From an uncultured delta proteobacterium (GTDB lineage Bacteria; Desulfobacterota; RBG-13-43-22): a stretch of DNA of 64,000 bases. The translations under genes were made by a program, and so were the position numbers. Positions 1-11,311 of this stretch are shown in pieces (positions within the stretch are counted from its first letter, which is position 1; each line of letters begins with the position of its first letter). Where the stretch lies: the NCBI GenBank assembly GCA_963743305.1, contig CAVUPH010000022.1:32001-96000 (forward strand). The letters run 5' to 3'. Under the pieces are notes generated by a model that was not told the DNA's origin, made no database searches, and saw only the letters and a list, made by a program, of their open reading frames with translations.

Positions 1-322
1 CGACGACTGCGTCTGCATGCGCCAGGGCTTCGTCCGGCAATACTGTGGGGTGTATTCCTCCCATTACCACCGGCACACCCTTCCGGCGATAGGTGTCACC
101 GATAGAATAGGCTCTTAGCGCCAGTTCGGTCAGGACGGTGATGCCCACCAAATCCACCTCTTGATGGATGTCATCAGGAGCAAAGGCTTCCTCGACAATG
201 GTAATGGTGTGCCCCGGCGGGGTGAGCGCCGCCAAAAGAGGAAGATTTACCCGCTGTAGTTTGAAGGGGCTGGATATCGTGTCTTTCCGCTGTTCATGGG
301 GTGCGATAAGTTTTATCTTCAT
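1..322 (-). CDS. B12-binding domain radical SAM protein, N-terminal part (runs off window edge)
   Basis: Hand translation from ATG 322: MKIKLIAPHEQ...LPLLAALTPPGHTITIVEE...DLVGITVLT...VVMGGIHPTVLPDEALAHADAVV, typical cobalamin-binding domain of class B radical SAM proteins; not in ORF track. Confidence 0.8.
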   Translation of the reverse strand, partial: MKIKLIAPHEQRKDTISSPFKLQRVNLPLLAALTPPGHTITIVEEAFAPDDIHQEVDLVGITVLTELALRAYSIGDTYRRKGVPVVMGGIHPTVLPDEALAHADAVV

Positions 323-367
323 GACTTCACCTTTTCTAGATCATTTTCCGCAGGGGGGACTTGGCGA

Positions 368-1483
368 TCATTGGTCCCCTTCCCACCGAGTAGCGACGAT
401 ACCCAGGATGAAGACCACGGCCGCGAAACCCCCTATGATCGCGGCGTAACGCAGCGCGGCCAGGTGGTCGACCAATACCATGGAGGCCCGGAGTCCCTCG
501 TTGACGTAGTACAGAGGCAGTGTCCTGGCGAGGGTCTGCAGGAAGCCCGGCATCATCTCGATGGGGAAGAAGCTCCCCGAGAGGAACATCATCGGGAACA
601 TGATGGCGTTGGCGGCGGCGGCGGCACTCTGCGCCTCCCTCACGAAGCGGGTGAGTATCATCCCGATTCCGACGAAGGCGAAGACGTCAAGCACAATGAA
701 TACCGGGAGCCAGGCGTTTATCCGCAGACTGACGTTAAACACGGCATAGCTCACCAGCAGCATGGCTACCGTCGATAGGACCGCTAGTATGAATTGGTAC
801 AGCATGTTCGACAGTACCCAGTCCGTACGGGTAATGGGCGTAGTGGATAGCTTGCGGATGACGCCCTTCTGCCGCAGTTCCGTGTTCACGTTCACCGTCC
901 CGAAAAGGCTCGCGGTCATCACCGCCATCGCAATGATGCCGGGGATGAAGAACTCGATGAACCGATACTTCTGGCTGAGTATCGAGGTCTCGGCCGTTTT
1001 GATGAAAGGAGACTTCCCGGAGAGCTCCTGGTTGATATAGGCGAACACCGCGTTCAGAATTTGCATCTTCATGGGCACCGAAGCGACGCTGGGGTCGTAA
1101 AGATACCGCAGGGTCACGGAGGCGTTAGAGGCGTCGTAGGCCATACTCTGGTCGAGGGATTTTTCGTACTCTTTGGGAATGATGAGCACCAGGTTCAGCT
1201 TGTTCTTCTGGGCGTACTCCCGGGCGATGATGGCGGGATCGATGTGGGTTATCTGAAACTTGCCGCTGAGTCTGAGGGTCTCGACCAGATGCCGCGAGGC
1301 CTTGGTCTGGTCGAGGTCCTGCACGTAAAGGTTGAAGCGGACGTTGTCCTGGTCCTTGAAAATAGTGCCGAAGACGAGTATCAGGAGGATCGGGAAGGCA
1401 ATCGTGAAGAACATGGCGGTCTTCTCGCGGTAGAAGCTCTTGACGCTCACGACGAGATTGGCGCCGACGACTCGCAGGGTCAT
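368..1483 (-). CDS. ABC-2 type exporter permease
   Basis: N-terminal TM, extracytoplasmic loop, FFIPGIIAM, FLSGSFFPIEMMP and LPLYY motifs; overlaps ATPase stop. Confidence 0.9.
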   Translation of the reverse strand: MTLRVVGANLVVSVKSFYREKTAMFFTIAFPILLILVFGTIFKDQDNVRFNLYVQDLDQTKASRHLVETLRLSGKFQITHIDPAIIAREYAQKNKLNLVLIIPKEYEKSLDQSMAYDASNASVTLRYLYDPSVASVPMKMQILNAVFAYINQELSGKSPFIKTAETSILSQKYRFIEFFIPGIIAMAVMTASLFGTVNVNTELRQKGVIRKLSTTPITRTDWVLSNMLYQFILAVLSTVAMLLVSYAVFNVSLRINAWLPVFIVLDVFAFVGIGMILTRFVREAQSAAAAANAIMFPMMFLSGSFFPIEMMPGFLQTLARTLPLYYVNEGLRASMVLVDHLAALRYAAIIGGFAAVVFILGIVATRWEGDQ

Positions 1484-2433
1484 TCCGCCTCCCTTCTCCC
1501 GGCGAGACCTTCGCGGGGCGCCTCGCCGGTGAGCTTGAGGAAGACTTCTTCGAGGTTGGGCCTGCGAACGTCCAGGCCGCGCAGCGACGTCCCGGTTTCC
1601 CTGATGGTCTTCAGTATCTTCTCGACGTCGTCCGGGTGCTCCACTCTGACCTTGAGGTCTTGGTGGTGGTCCAGTACCGGCTCGAAGCCCATATTTCGGA
1701 CGGTTTCCAAGGCTTTTTTATCGGCGGACTGCAGCGTCAGAACCAGGTAATTCAGGCGGCCTTCGATGAGCGCCCCGGGAGAGCCCAGGGCGATGATCCT
1801 TCCTTTCGAGATGATGGCCACCGTGTCGGCCAGGAGCTCCGCCTCTTCCATGTAATGCGTGGTCAGGAAGACGGTCTTCCCCTTCTTCTTCAGGTCCAGC
1901 AGGATTTCCCAGACCTCTCGCCTGGCGCGGGGATCGAGCCCCGTCGTCGGCTCGTCGAGGAAAACGACCTCGGGGTCGTTGACGAGGGCAATCGCGATTC
2001 CGAGGCGCTGTTTCAAGCCCCCGGAGAGGTTCTGATACTGCTCCCGGGTCTTTTCCTTTAGCTTGACGAGTTCTATCAGCCCGTCGATGTCGATGTTCTT
2101 GCAGCAAAAAAGCCGCGAGTAGTACTGCAGGGTCTCTCGGACCGTTATCCTGTCGAACGAGCTGAACCCCTGCGGGAGGACGCCGATGCGGGGGACGATG
2201 TCGTGTTTCTTCTTGGTGACGTCCATTCCCAGAAGGGTCACTTTCCCGGACGTGGGCCTGCGGATGGTGTCGACGATCTCGACGGTCGTGGTCTTGCCGG
2301 CGCCGTTCGGGCCCAGCAGGGCGAAAACCTCGCCTTCCCTGACGTGGAACGATATATCGTTGACCGCCAATAAATCCCCGTAGCGCTTCGTCAGGTTCTC
2401 GACTTCGATGGTATATTCCGCTTCTTTCGTCAT
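1480..2433 (-). CDS. ABC exporter ATP-binding protein
   Basis: Walker A GPNGAGKTT, signature LSGG, Walker B VFLDEPTTGLD, H-loop TTHY. Confidence 0.95.
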   Translation of the reverse strand: MTKEAEYTIEVENLTKRYGDLLAVNDISFHVREGEVFALLGPNGAGKTTTVEIVDTIRRPTSGKVTLLGMDVTKKKHDIVPRIGVLPQGFSSFDRITVRETLQYYSRLFCCKNIDIDGLIELVKLKEKTREQYQNLSGGLKQRLGIAIALVNDPEVVFLDEPTTGLDPRARREVWEILLDLKKKGKTVFLTTHYMEEAELLADTVAIISKGRIIALGSPGALIEGRLNYLVLTLQSADKKALETVRNMGFEPVLDHHQDLKVRVEHPDDVEKILKTIRETGTSLRGLDVRRPNLEEVFLKLTGEAPREGLAGRREAE

Positions 2434-2487
2434 GGTTCGATATCGGGTCTCTCTAGGGCCTGGTATTAAAACGTCCCCGCCGGCGTC

Positions 2488-3243
2488 TCAGCGATGGCGC
2501 CGGTTCAAGAGGGCGATGGACAGCCACCCCTTCGCCCGGGGAAGTGAACGTACCCGCAGGGACCGGTCGGCAGCCCGGGGAAACCGTTCCAGGGCTTTTC
2601 CCGATAAGCCCACCGGAAAGATGTACCCGCCGTCCCCCCCGACCGTCTCCCCGGCCGACAGATAGACGGTGATTTGGCGCGGATCCAGGAGATGAAAGGC
2701 ACATCCCAGGGCTTTGACCACGGCTTCCTTGATAGACCAGAGCAGTGCCCCGGCCTCTTCCCACGCTCCGTCCGCCACCCTCAAGGCCTGTTGAAGTTCT
2801 TGTGGCTGGAAGACCCGCTGGAAGGGGTATTCTCCTTGGAATTCATCGCACCCGGCCACATCGATGCCGATAGACGATTCATCTCCGCAGAGAGCGGCCC
2901 AGAGTTTTCCCCCACCCTCGCTGAAGGAGACGGACGGACCCCGATATTCCCCTAAGAGGAGATAGGGTCGGCCAAGCAGGCCGCATGCCACCTGAATCGG
3001 CCAACCAGTTCCGTTGGAGACTTGACAGCGTTTCCAAAGAGGACTTTCTCTAGTCACCGTATGGTCCCACAGGGCGGAGACAAGGCGGTGCTTGTCCTCC
3101 GCCCCGTTCGTCCCACACCCTTCGCGCGTTTTGTCGGCGCCTACCCTCCCATAGGGTAAAGAGGCATAGAAAACGGGTCCCCCTCCCGGAGCGAAAGGCA
3201 CGGACTGAACGGTTAATCCTTGGCAATCCTCGGCCAGATCCAT
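2488..3243 (-). CDS. 4'-phosphopantetheinyl transferase (Sfp-like, divergent)
   Basis: GRPYL, SVSFS, IGIDV and WSIKEAVVKALG motifs; directly downstream of the PKS. Confidence 0.85.
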   Translation of the reverse strand: MDLAEDCQGLTVQSVPFAPGGGPVFYASLPYGRVGADKTREGCGTNGAEDKHRLVSALWDHTVTRESPLWKRCQVSNGTGWPIQVACGLLGRPYLLLGEYRGPSVSFSEGGGKLWAALCGDESSIGIDVAGCDEFQGEYPFQRVFQPQELQQALRVADGAWEEAGALLWSIKEAVVKALGCAFHLLDPRQITVYLSAGETVGGDGGYIFPVGLSGKALERFPRAADRSLRVRSLPRAKGWLSIALLNRRHR

Positions 3244-3285
3244 TCCCCTCTTTCTCGACCTGTGCTTCTTTCGATTTCTGAAGGC

Positions 3286-6200
3286 TCAGTCCGAAATCCA
3301 GTGCATCCGCAACCCATGAATCTGCATGAGAATGCGGCCCTCGTCGTCAACCCCTCTGGCGTCCCAGGAGGAGCCTTCGTCGTCCTGCGCCCGTCTGCGG
3401 GCTTCCAGGGTGATCTGTTCCCCTGCCCGGCATTTTCGCCGGAACCGCATCTCTCCGATCTCCATGGGAATCAACAATCGCCGCTCCGCCGGGTCCGTGG
3501 CCGCGAGGTGGAAGCCGACCAACTGCAAAAGGGCCTCGAAAAGGTAGGGAGCGTATTGGTACCGGGCGTTCCGCAGATGGGCGAAATCACGTGTCTCCCG
3601 GTAGGTGGTTCGGCCCCGCACCACCCCGGGACCTGCACCGTCAAGGAACTCCATCACGCGATACCGGCCTTCGAGGCCGCTGCGGTTTTTGTACCATTTA
3701 AGCACCTTCTTCTGATTCATGGGCTTCGTCCGCAGTTCGTCCGGCCGGACAGGAAAATCCGGCAACTCCTCCCCGAGAAATCCTCCCCCGTCATCCCCGC
3801 CATCAAGGATCACGTAACCTTGGCTGCGCGGGGTGAAGCGGTCGGTCAATCTCCCGGCGAGGGAGATCTCCTCTGTGGCCAGAGAGATCTCGCACCAGAC
3901 CTCTCGAAGGCCGTTGTCGACCCGACGGCAGGAGACCCTGGAAGGCCGTGGAACCCCGAGAGGACAGGGGATCATGTCCAGTAGCCGCACCCGACGAACT
4001 CCTCGCACCTGCAGGTGGGGATACAGGATCCGGGCGGCTTCCATGAAGGTCTCCACCACCATGGCGGCTGAGACCAAAGGATGCTTGATGAACTTGAAAG
4101 GTCGGTGATCCGCGATCCAAAGATCCTTCTCCAGGGAAAAGGATCTCAGGGCCACCAGCTCTTCCCGACGGAGGTCCAGGCCAGAGATCCTTTCTATCAG
4201 GGGGAAGTCCTCGGGGCTGAAGGACACGGCGCCTCCCTCCAGTTCTCCACCGGGCGCAGAACGGACGGTATCATTGAGCCGTGACGTCCTCACGGCGGGC
4301 AGTCTCCTCATGAACATCACCCAATCGTCGTCGGCCGGGGCGACAAAGAGCTCCCGGCAGAATAACCCCGCCAGCTCATTGACCTGGATGTAGGCCACGC
4401 CTTTCCGCTTCATCAACTCCCGGACCTCCGGATCCTCGGCCATGCCCGTCCCCTCGACCGGGGGCAGCATCAAAGCCTTGAACCGGATGGCGCCGTTTTT
4501 CCGGTGGAGGGCTCTGAGGTAACGCCGACATCATCCGGTTGGCGGCGGCGTAGTTGGCCTGGCCGGGATTCCCCTGGATGGCGGCCGCCGAAGAGAGGCC
4601 CACGAAAAACCTCAACCCGGCCCCCTCCGCAGCCGAGAATAGGTTCCAGGCCCCAAGGAATTTAACGTCCGTGACCAGGGAGAAATCATCCGCGGTCATT
4701 TGGCTGAAGAGCCCGTCCCTGAGGACTCCGGCGCCGTGAATGATCCCGTCGATCTTGCCGTAACGGCCGATCACCTCGCCCAGGATCGCGCGGACCTCCT
4801 CGGGGTCGGTCACGTCGCAGGAGTGGTAGGTGGCCTCGATCCCTGAAGCGTGTAAGTCCGCCAGGGTCCGGGCGATCTCCGTCGCCCGGTGGTTGAAGGG
4901 AAACGCCGCGGCCGGCGCAGGTTCGGGTGGCCGCTGTTCGGGCCGGAGGCCTGGATTCGAGAGGGGTCCTCCCTAGAAAGACGAGGCGGGGCCCGAAAGG
5001 CGCCAGGCAGCGGGCCAGGTGGGCGCTGATCCCGGTTGCGCCCCCGGACATGACGACGACGTCTCCAGCGCTCAGCTTCAGGCCGGACGAATCCCCGAAG
5101 ACCGACGGGGCTAAGCGCCCCTCCGAAGTGAAGACCTTTCCCTCGCGATAAATGATCTCCACCACGGTGCGACCTCTATCCAGAGCGGCGCGTAGCGCGT
5201 TGCCCAGGTCGGTATCCCTGCCGATTTCCATTGTGCGAAACTGGACCGAGGGGTATTCCTGCGCTGCGCTTAAGAATAGTCCGAGCATCCCTTCCATCAG
5301 CAATCGAACCGGAGTTTCAGCATCCTCCCGGGAATGGATCAGCATCACGAATTTCTTGGACGGTGATTGCAGAAAGGCCTGCAGGAGGAGAAAAAGTCCC
5401 CTAAGCAGCCGCGAAACATCCGCCAGGCTGCTTGACTTTCCCGGCCCGCCTTGGGGTAAGGTGATGACCATCCCAGCAAAGGGCGAAAGGTTGGATAGCC
5501 GCTCTACAGCCCTGGAGGACCCTTCATCGGTTCGAAGGTCGTGGCCCTCAACGCCCTGACCCCAATCCCCTTGACTGAATAGCATGGGAAACGGTTCAAC
5601 CCCGTACTCCAGCCGGAGGATATCCCTTGCCCTTCCGGCAAGCCCGTCATCCGCGTCGGACGAGAGAAACAGGACCGACTCGCCCGGGCTCAATTCCACG
5701 GGAATAGAGCCCGCCGACTCCACCTGGGCCCGGTTGAAAACGAGCCGTTTCAAGCTTTCCTCCGCTGAAGTCTTCCGGATTTCATCCCCTACCGGGCTGG
5801 AGTCAACAGCCTTGGTGACCGGTTGCAGACCGGGGACTCCCTGCCTGGCGATGACCTTGGAAATTCTCTGGGCGACGTCTTTTACCGTACGGACGCCGAT
5901 AAAATCCTCCAGTTCGATAGTGATCCCGAATTGGCGTTCCGCGGCATCCATGATGATGGGGAGACGGCTGGATCGGATGGAGAGGTCCCTGCGGAGATCC
6001 ATTTCGGGTTGGATCTCGTCCCTATTGAATCCGGTAGCCTCCATGATGATCCGAATTAGCCTCTCCATAAGCTCTTGGCCCTCAGGCGCCTCTTCGGGGG
6101 CAGGTGGGGCCTTGTCCCGGGAATAGCCGGCCAGGGGCGGAATCCCCTTACGAGAAGGGGAGAGGCCGGTTTGGAGGCCCTGCGAATCATGATCGACTCT

Positions 6201-9200
6201 TAATCCGTCAGCATTGCCGGCAGGTGTTTCCTTCCGGCCCTCAGTGGACCGGAACCCACCAGCATGGATTTGATAACGGATAAGAGATCGCCTTCTTGGA
6301 AGGTGGGGTCAAGTTCCTGGCGGATGGCTTTCAGGATGTTGGGCTTAAGGAGGCCTCCGAAGGTCTCTATCACGAATCGATTGATTTCCCTTTGAATGAT
6401 CCTCTCCGCCGGGTTGGAACCTGCCGGCCCGGGTTCCGACGTTTGTGCCGCGGGTGCCGGAGCGATCTGGTGCGATTCCGGAGTTTTTTTGGATGCCGAG
6501 AGGGAAACAAATCTTGGTTCCCCTTCAATCTTCAGATGACCTTGAACGAAGAGCTGAGCCAGAGCGGTCTTGTAGGTCAGACCCTCTGCGGAGGGAAAGC
6601 TCGTCTGGATGCCTGCCGATTCAGGAAGCGTCTCGGCGATGAGATTGCTTAATGTTTCGCCGGGTCCCACCTCCACGAAGAGCCGGACTCCGTAGTCATT
6701 CCAAAGGGTCTGGACATTATTCATCCACTGGACGGGTGATTCCAGGTGGGCCATGAGGATTCGCCTGATCTCATCGGGATCCGACGGATACGGCGCCCTG
6801 GTCGTGTTGGAGATGACGGGAATCTGCGGGGAATGAAAGGGAATGGAGGCAATGTAGGCCGCGAGCTCCTCATGGATGACCTTCATGATCGGCGAGTGGA
6901 AGGCCATGCTGACCCGCAAGAGGGTGGCCCGGTGACCCATTTCTTTGAATCGTTTGCACAGATCCTTGACGGCCTCGGTGTTGCCGCTCAGAACGATCTG
7001 GTGCGGTGAATTGATATTGCCGATGTGGACATCGTCCCGCCCCTGGATCATCTCCTTCAGCAGCTCCGGGGGGACGTCCACAGCCGCCATGACGCCGGGG
7101 TCCAGGTGCAGGCCGGCGGCCTTGTCCATGCAGAGGGCCCGCTTGTTCACGATTCGAAACCCGTCCTCCGGGGAATAGACACCGGCCAGGCCTAAGGCGG
7201 TCAACTCGCCCAAACTATGGCCGGCCATGGCCACGGGCTGGATGCCCAGGGTCATGAGGTGTCGAGCCATGGCCTGTTCCATGGTAAACAGGGCCGGTTG
7301 CTGCCACCGGGTCTTCTGAAGGTCCTCCTCCCGATCGTGGAACAATAAGTGGAGGAGATCGAAGTCCGCTACGGCCGCGGTCCGATCCATCCACTCCCTG
7401 ATGACGGGAAAGGACTCGTAGAGCTCCTGACCCATTCCCGCGTACTGGGACCCCTGTCCGGGAAATACCAAGGCCAGCGGCCGGGCCGGCAAATCCTCGC
7501 GGCTCATGAAAATTCCCTGCTGCGCCAGGGACCTCGAGGCCCGGGGTGAGGCCATTCCGGATTCGGCCAGGGACGCCGACCGTTCGATGATCGTGAGCGC
7601 CTCCTCTTCGGATGGCGCCACGACGGCCATCCGGCAGGTCCGGCCGTCCATCTCGGTCCGGAAGAAAGAGACGCCCTGGAGTGTTGGAGAGCCACCCCCT
7701 TTCTGCCGATCGAGACCGGGCTCTCGGCCCGGTGAGACCAGGATCGTATCCACCTCATTCAGAGCCTGCTCCACCTGCACCACGTAGTTGGAACCTCCAA
7801 ACCCGAAGGCGTTGACTTGAAGCCTTCTCGGCTCGCCGGCCCGGCCCTTCCAGTCCAGCGGCTCCGGGGTAATGAGGAGACCCGAACCTTCCAGGTCGAT
7901 TTCCGGGTCTGGATGCCTATAATTGAGGGTGGAGGAAAAATCCCCGCCTGCATGGCCGTGACTCCTCGAATGAGGTTATTGAGGCCCGAGGCGCCCAGGG
8001 TGTGTCCGATCTGGGATTTGAATGAGGTGATCACGGTGCGCTTGGAGGAAGGGAAGACGGCCTTCAGTGCCCGGGCCTCCTCCACGTCTCCTTGCCGGGT
8101 GCTCGTGGCATGGCATTCCACCAGGTCCACGGCCTCGGGCCCATAGGGTGTCTCTCGGAAAGAGTTGCGGATGGCCATCTGCTGGGTGACGTTGGAGGAC
8201 TCCACCATGCCCAGATGGTTGTTGCTCGCTCCCATGCCGGTCACGACGGCGTGGACACGCGCCCCTCTGGCGCGGGCCAGGCTTTCCCGCTCGATGACGA
8301 TCATTCCCCCGCCCTCGCCGAGGACCATCCCGTCTCTTTCCGCATCGAAGGGGCGAGAGGTCTCCTGAGCGGGTCTTTCCTTTCCGGACAGCCCGTACAG
8401 TGCGCCCAACGCGGAGAATTCCAGAAAATGCAAGTGGGTGAGATTGTCTTCACCCCCCCCGACGATAGCGGCATCGAGGATGCCGTTCCGGATCATCTGG
8501 ATGGCGCTGTAAAGGGCGACCAACGAGGTCGCGCAGGCCGCGGAGACCGCATAGCTGGGGCCCATGAACCCATACCGGTTGCAGATGAAGCCGGCCGCCG
8601 CGCAGTTGAGCCGGCCCAAAAGGGTGGTGTCATCCGGGGCCAGGCGTCCGGACTTCACCGCTCGTTCGACGGCGCGCTCCTGCTCCGGCGTGAGGAATAA
8701 CGGCCTTTTGGACAGCGCCCAGGATATCATGAGCGTACTCCCTGATAATCATATTGGTGAGGGTCCCCGCCGCCTCCCCCGAGTTTTGGGAGATGAGGAC
8801 GCCGATTCGTTCGCGCGGGATGTCCGCATCCAGGATCCCGGAGGCCCGGATGGCCTTGTCCGCCAGCCACATGGTGATCCGGGTCGCCGCGGTCATGGTC
8901 CGGAAATCATGGGGAGGAATACCGAGTTCGGTGCGGGAGATAGGAAAGTCTACGAAGGCGCCTACCTGGCAGTAGGTCTTATCCGGAACCTGCGGCCGGG
9001 GATCATAAAAAAGCGCGTGGTTCCACCGCGAAGCCGGAACCACGGTAATCCCGCTCTTCAGGGCCAGGCTGGCCGCCCAGACTTCCTCCGGACTCTTCCC
9101 CAGGGCATTGAGCAGGCTCATCCCGGTGATGGCCACCCTATCAGGTTCGTCTCCGTCGGGGGTGATTCGCCTCAGCCTACGGCCGACCCCGGAGGATGAA

Positions 9201-11272
9201 GTTTCCGGGGTTTTTTCGATCGACCCCACCACGGGCTGCTGCAGCCGGAGAGGACCTTCGGCCAGCTCGCGGTGAAAGGAGAGCAGCGTCCGGACCTCGT
9301 GGATGAGCCCGGCGCAGGCCCCACTCATGAATTGCCCGCGTTCCAGAAAATCCCGCTCCTCCAGCGCTACCCCGCCCGGGCGGTCCAGGCCCCGGGCCGC
9401 CGTGAAAAGACTCCCCGCCGCCATCGCCTCCATCTTCGCCCGGAAAGCGGTTTCGTCCTGGTGACCCGCCGCAAACTCCCTCTCCAGCGATAAGATCGCT
9501 TCCACTCGGGGGGTCCGCAGGGACCGCACCCGAAGCCCCGTGGGCTGGCCCGTAACGGCCGTTCCCCCCGGGGGCGATTCCAGGACCATCCGCTGATACC
9601 GCGCGGTCAAGGCGCCTGTTTCAATGATCTCCCGGGTAGCCAGGTAGGCGCTGCCCATCTGGATGGCGTCCGCGCCCAGCATGGCGGCCAAGAAGGCGGT
9701 CTCCCGGTTAAAGATTCCCCCGGCCAGGATCAGGCGACCCTTTTGAAAGAGGGCGGGCTGGCGCCGCTTGAGATCCAGCAGGCTTTGAGCCAGGGTGAGC
9801 GTGCTATGCTGCCCCACGTGGCCGCCGGCCTCATAGCCCTCGCAGACCACGTACCGAACGCCGGCTTCCAGAGCGAGCCTCAACAGGGCCTCATCCGGGG
9901 CGATATAGATGACCTCCAGGCCACAGTCCAGCAATTCTCTTACGGGGGAGAGGTCGCCGCCGGCGATGACCACCAAAGGGGGTTTCTGTTTCTTAATCCA
10001 GGCCAGGTGCTCCTCCCGGAAGGGGTTTTCCACCAAAGAGACGACATTCACCGCATAAGGGCGCCCAGCCATGATCTCCGGCAGGCGTCCCAGCCTCCGC
10101 TCCAGGGCCTCCGCGCCCATCAGGCCCAGGGCGATGGTGGGCAATCCGCCGGCCTCGGCAACGCTTGAGGCAAATTCCGGGACATCGGTAATCCAGGACA
10201 TGGCGCCCTGGATAAAGGGGTATCGGGTCCCCAGCTCCCTGGCGGCCGGGCTGTCCAGAAAGCAATCCTTTTTGGCCCCGGCCAGGCGGCTGAGGTCACG
10301 AATTTCGTCCAGGAAGGCGTTCACGGCCTCCTCGGTTCCGGCCCCGAAACGCTCAACGAACGACGCCGCAAAGGCCGCTTCCACGCCCAGCGGGATGACC
10401 TCGTCCTGACCGAAATGGCTCTCCAGAGGATGGAGGGCCCTGGCCTGCACCTGGCTGACGAAGGAACGGCGGCTTTGCTCCGTGATCTTTGCGCTGGACA
10501 GCGAGTCCTCGAACGCTTTGATCTCCTTGAAGGCCAGGGAGTTTCCTTTGGTGAACAGGCGGCAGGGAACCTGCAGGGCCAGGCCCACCAGATCGGTGGA
10601 ATCCAGACGGAGGTTGGAGAGTCGCGGACGTTGAACCTCATCAAGGGCCACCAGATCCGTCAGCCAATGGACGCTCTCGAAAACGATCCCGGCGGCCCCG
10701 GTCGACAGGAAGGCCGCTGCCGCCTCCGGGGTGGCGACGCCTCCCCAGAGGATAATGTCGAGAGGCTTTGAGGGGGGGCGTTCCATGTCCTTGACCAGCG
10801 AATAGAGGGTCGTGGTCGTCTCTCCGCTCACGAAGCCAGAGGCCTCGCACCCTTTCAGGACGATGCGCCCGAGGCCCGCGCTATCCTTCAGGATCGTTGC
10901 CAGGAGATCCAGGTCAGCGATGATTGGAAAGCAACGGTGGTCATCCGACAATTCCCTCAACCGCTGCAGCCAGCGGGAAGGATCGCCTTGAAAAAACCGG
11001 GGGTGGCACTCGACCCAGATGTCGTGGACCCCGGTTTCCTTTAATAACGGCCCCAAAGAGGGATCAAAGAAGGCAGAGACGGAAATCTTGATATCCCGGA
11101 CCTGGCCGGCGGGGGCCGCCTTTCGTAAGAAAGAACGTACCCTGTCCATCCCCATCCCGGAAAAATCGAAGACCGCCCGGCTTCCTGTCCGCCGGGCCAT
11201 TTGAAGCACGGCTGGGGTGATCTCCTCGGGCCGCCAGACGAAAGCGATGATAGCCAGTCGCTGCTCAGCCAC
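3286..11272 (-). CDS. Iterative type I PKS/FAS, ER(FabK/PfaD-like)-KS-AT-ACP-KR-DH; one gene split by five single-base frameshifts (~8700, ~7932, ~6245, ~4940, ~4520)
   Basis: Six track ORFs join: IQGAM/EGYEAGGH/LAGGI (FMN ER), SAACATS/ECHATST/KSQIGHT/NAFGFGG (KS), FPGQG/GHSLG/AFHS (AT), ACP helices, SGGATGI/YAAAN (KR), ADHRPF..HP (DH). Junctions read through after +/-1 base correction. Confidence 0.85.
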
Positions 11273-11311
11273 TTAATCCGGTCCCTTTCGGCAAGGCGCG
11301 CCATTGCCCAG

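Noticed and set aside
4500-8730. Programmed frameshifting or a genuinely split multi-gene PKS
   Set aside because: Breaks fall inside domains, lack RBSs and slippery heptamers, and resemble indels elsewhere in the window
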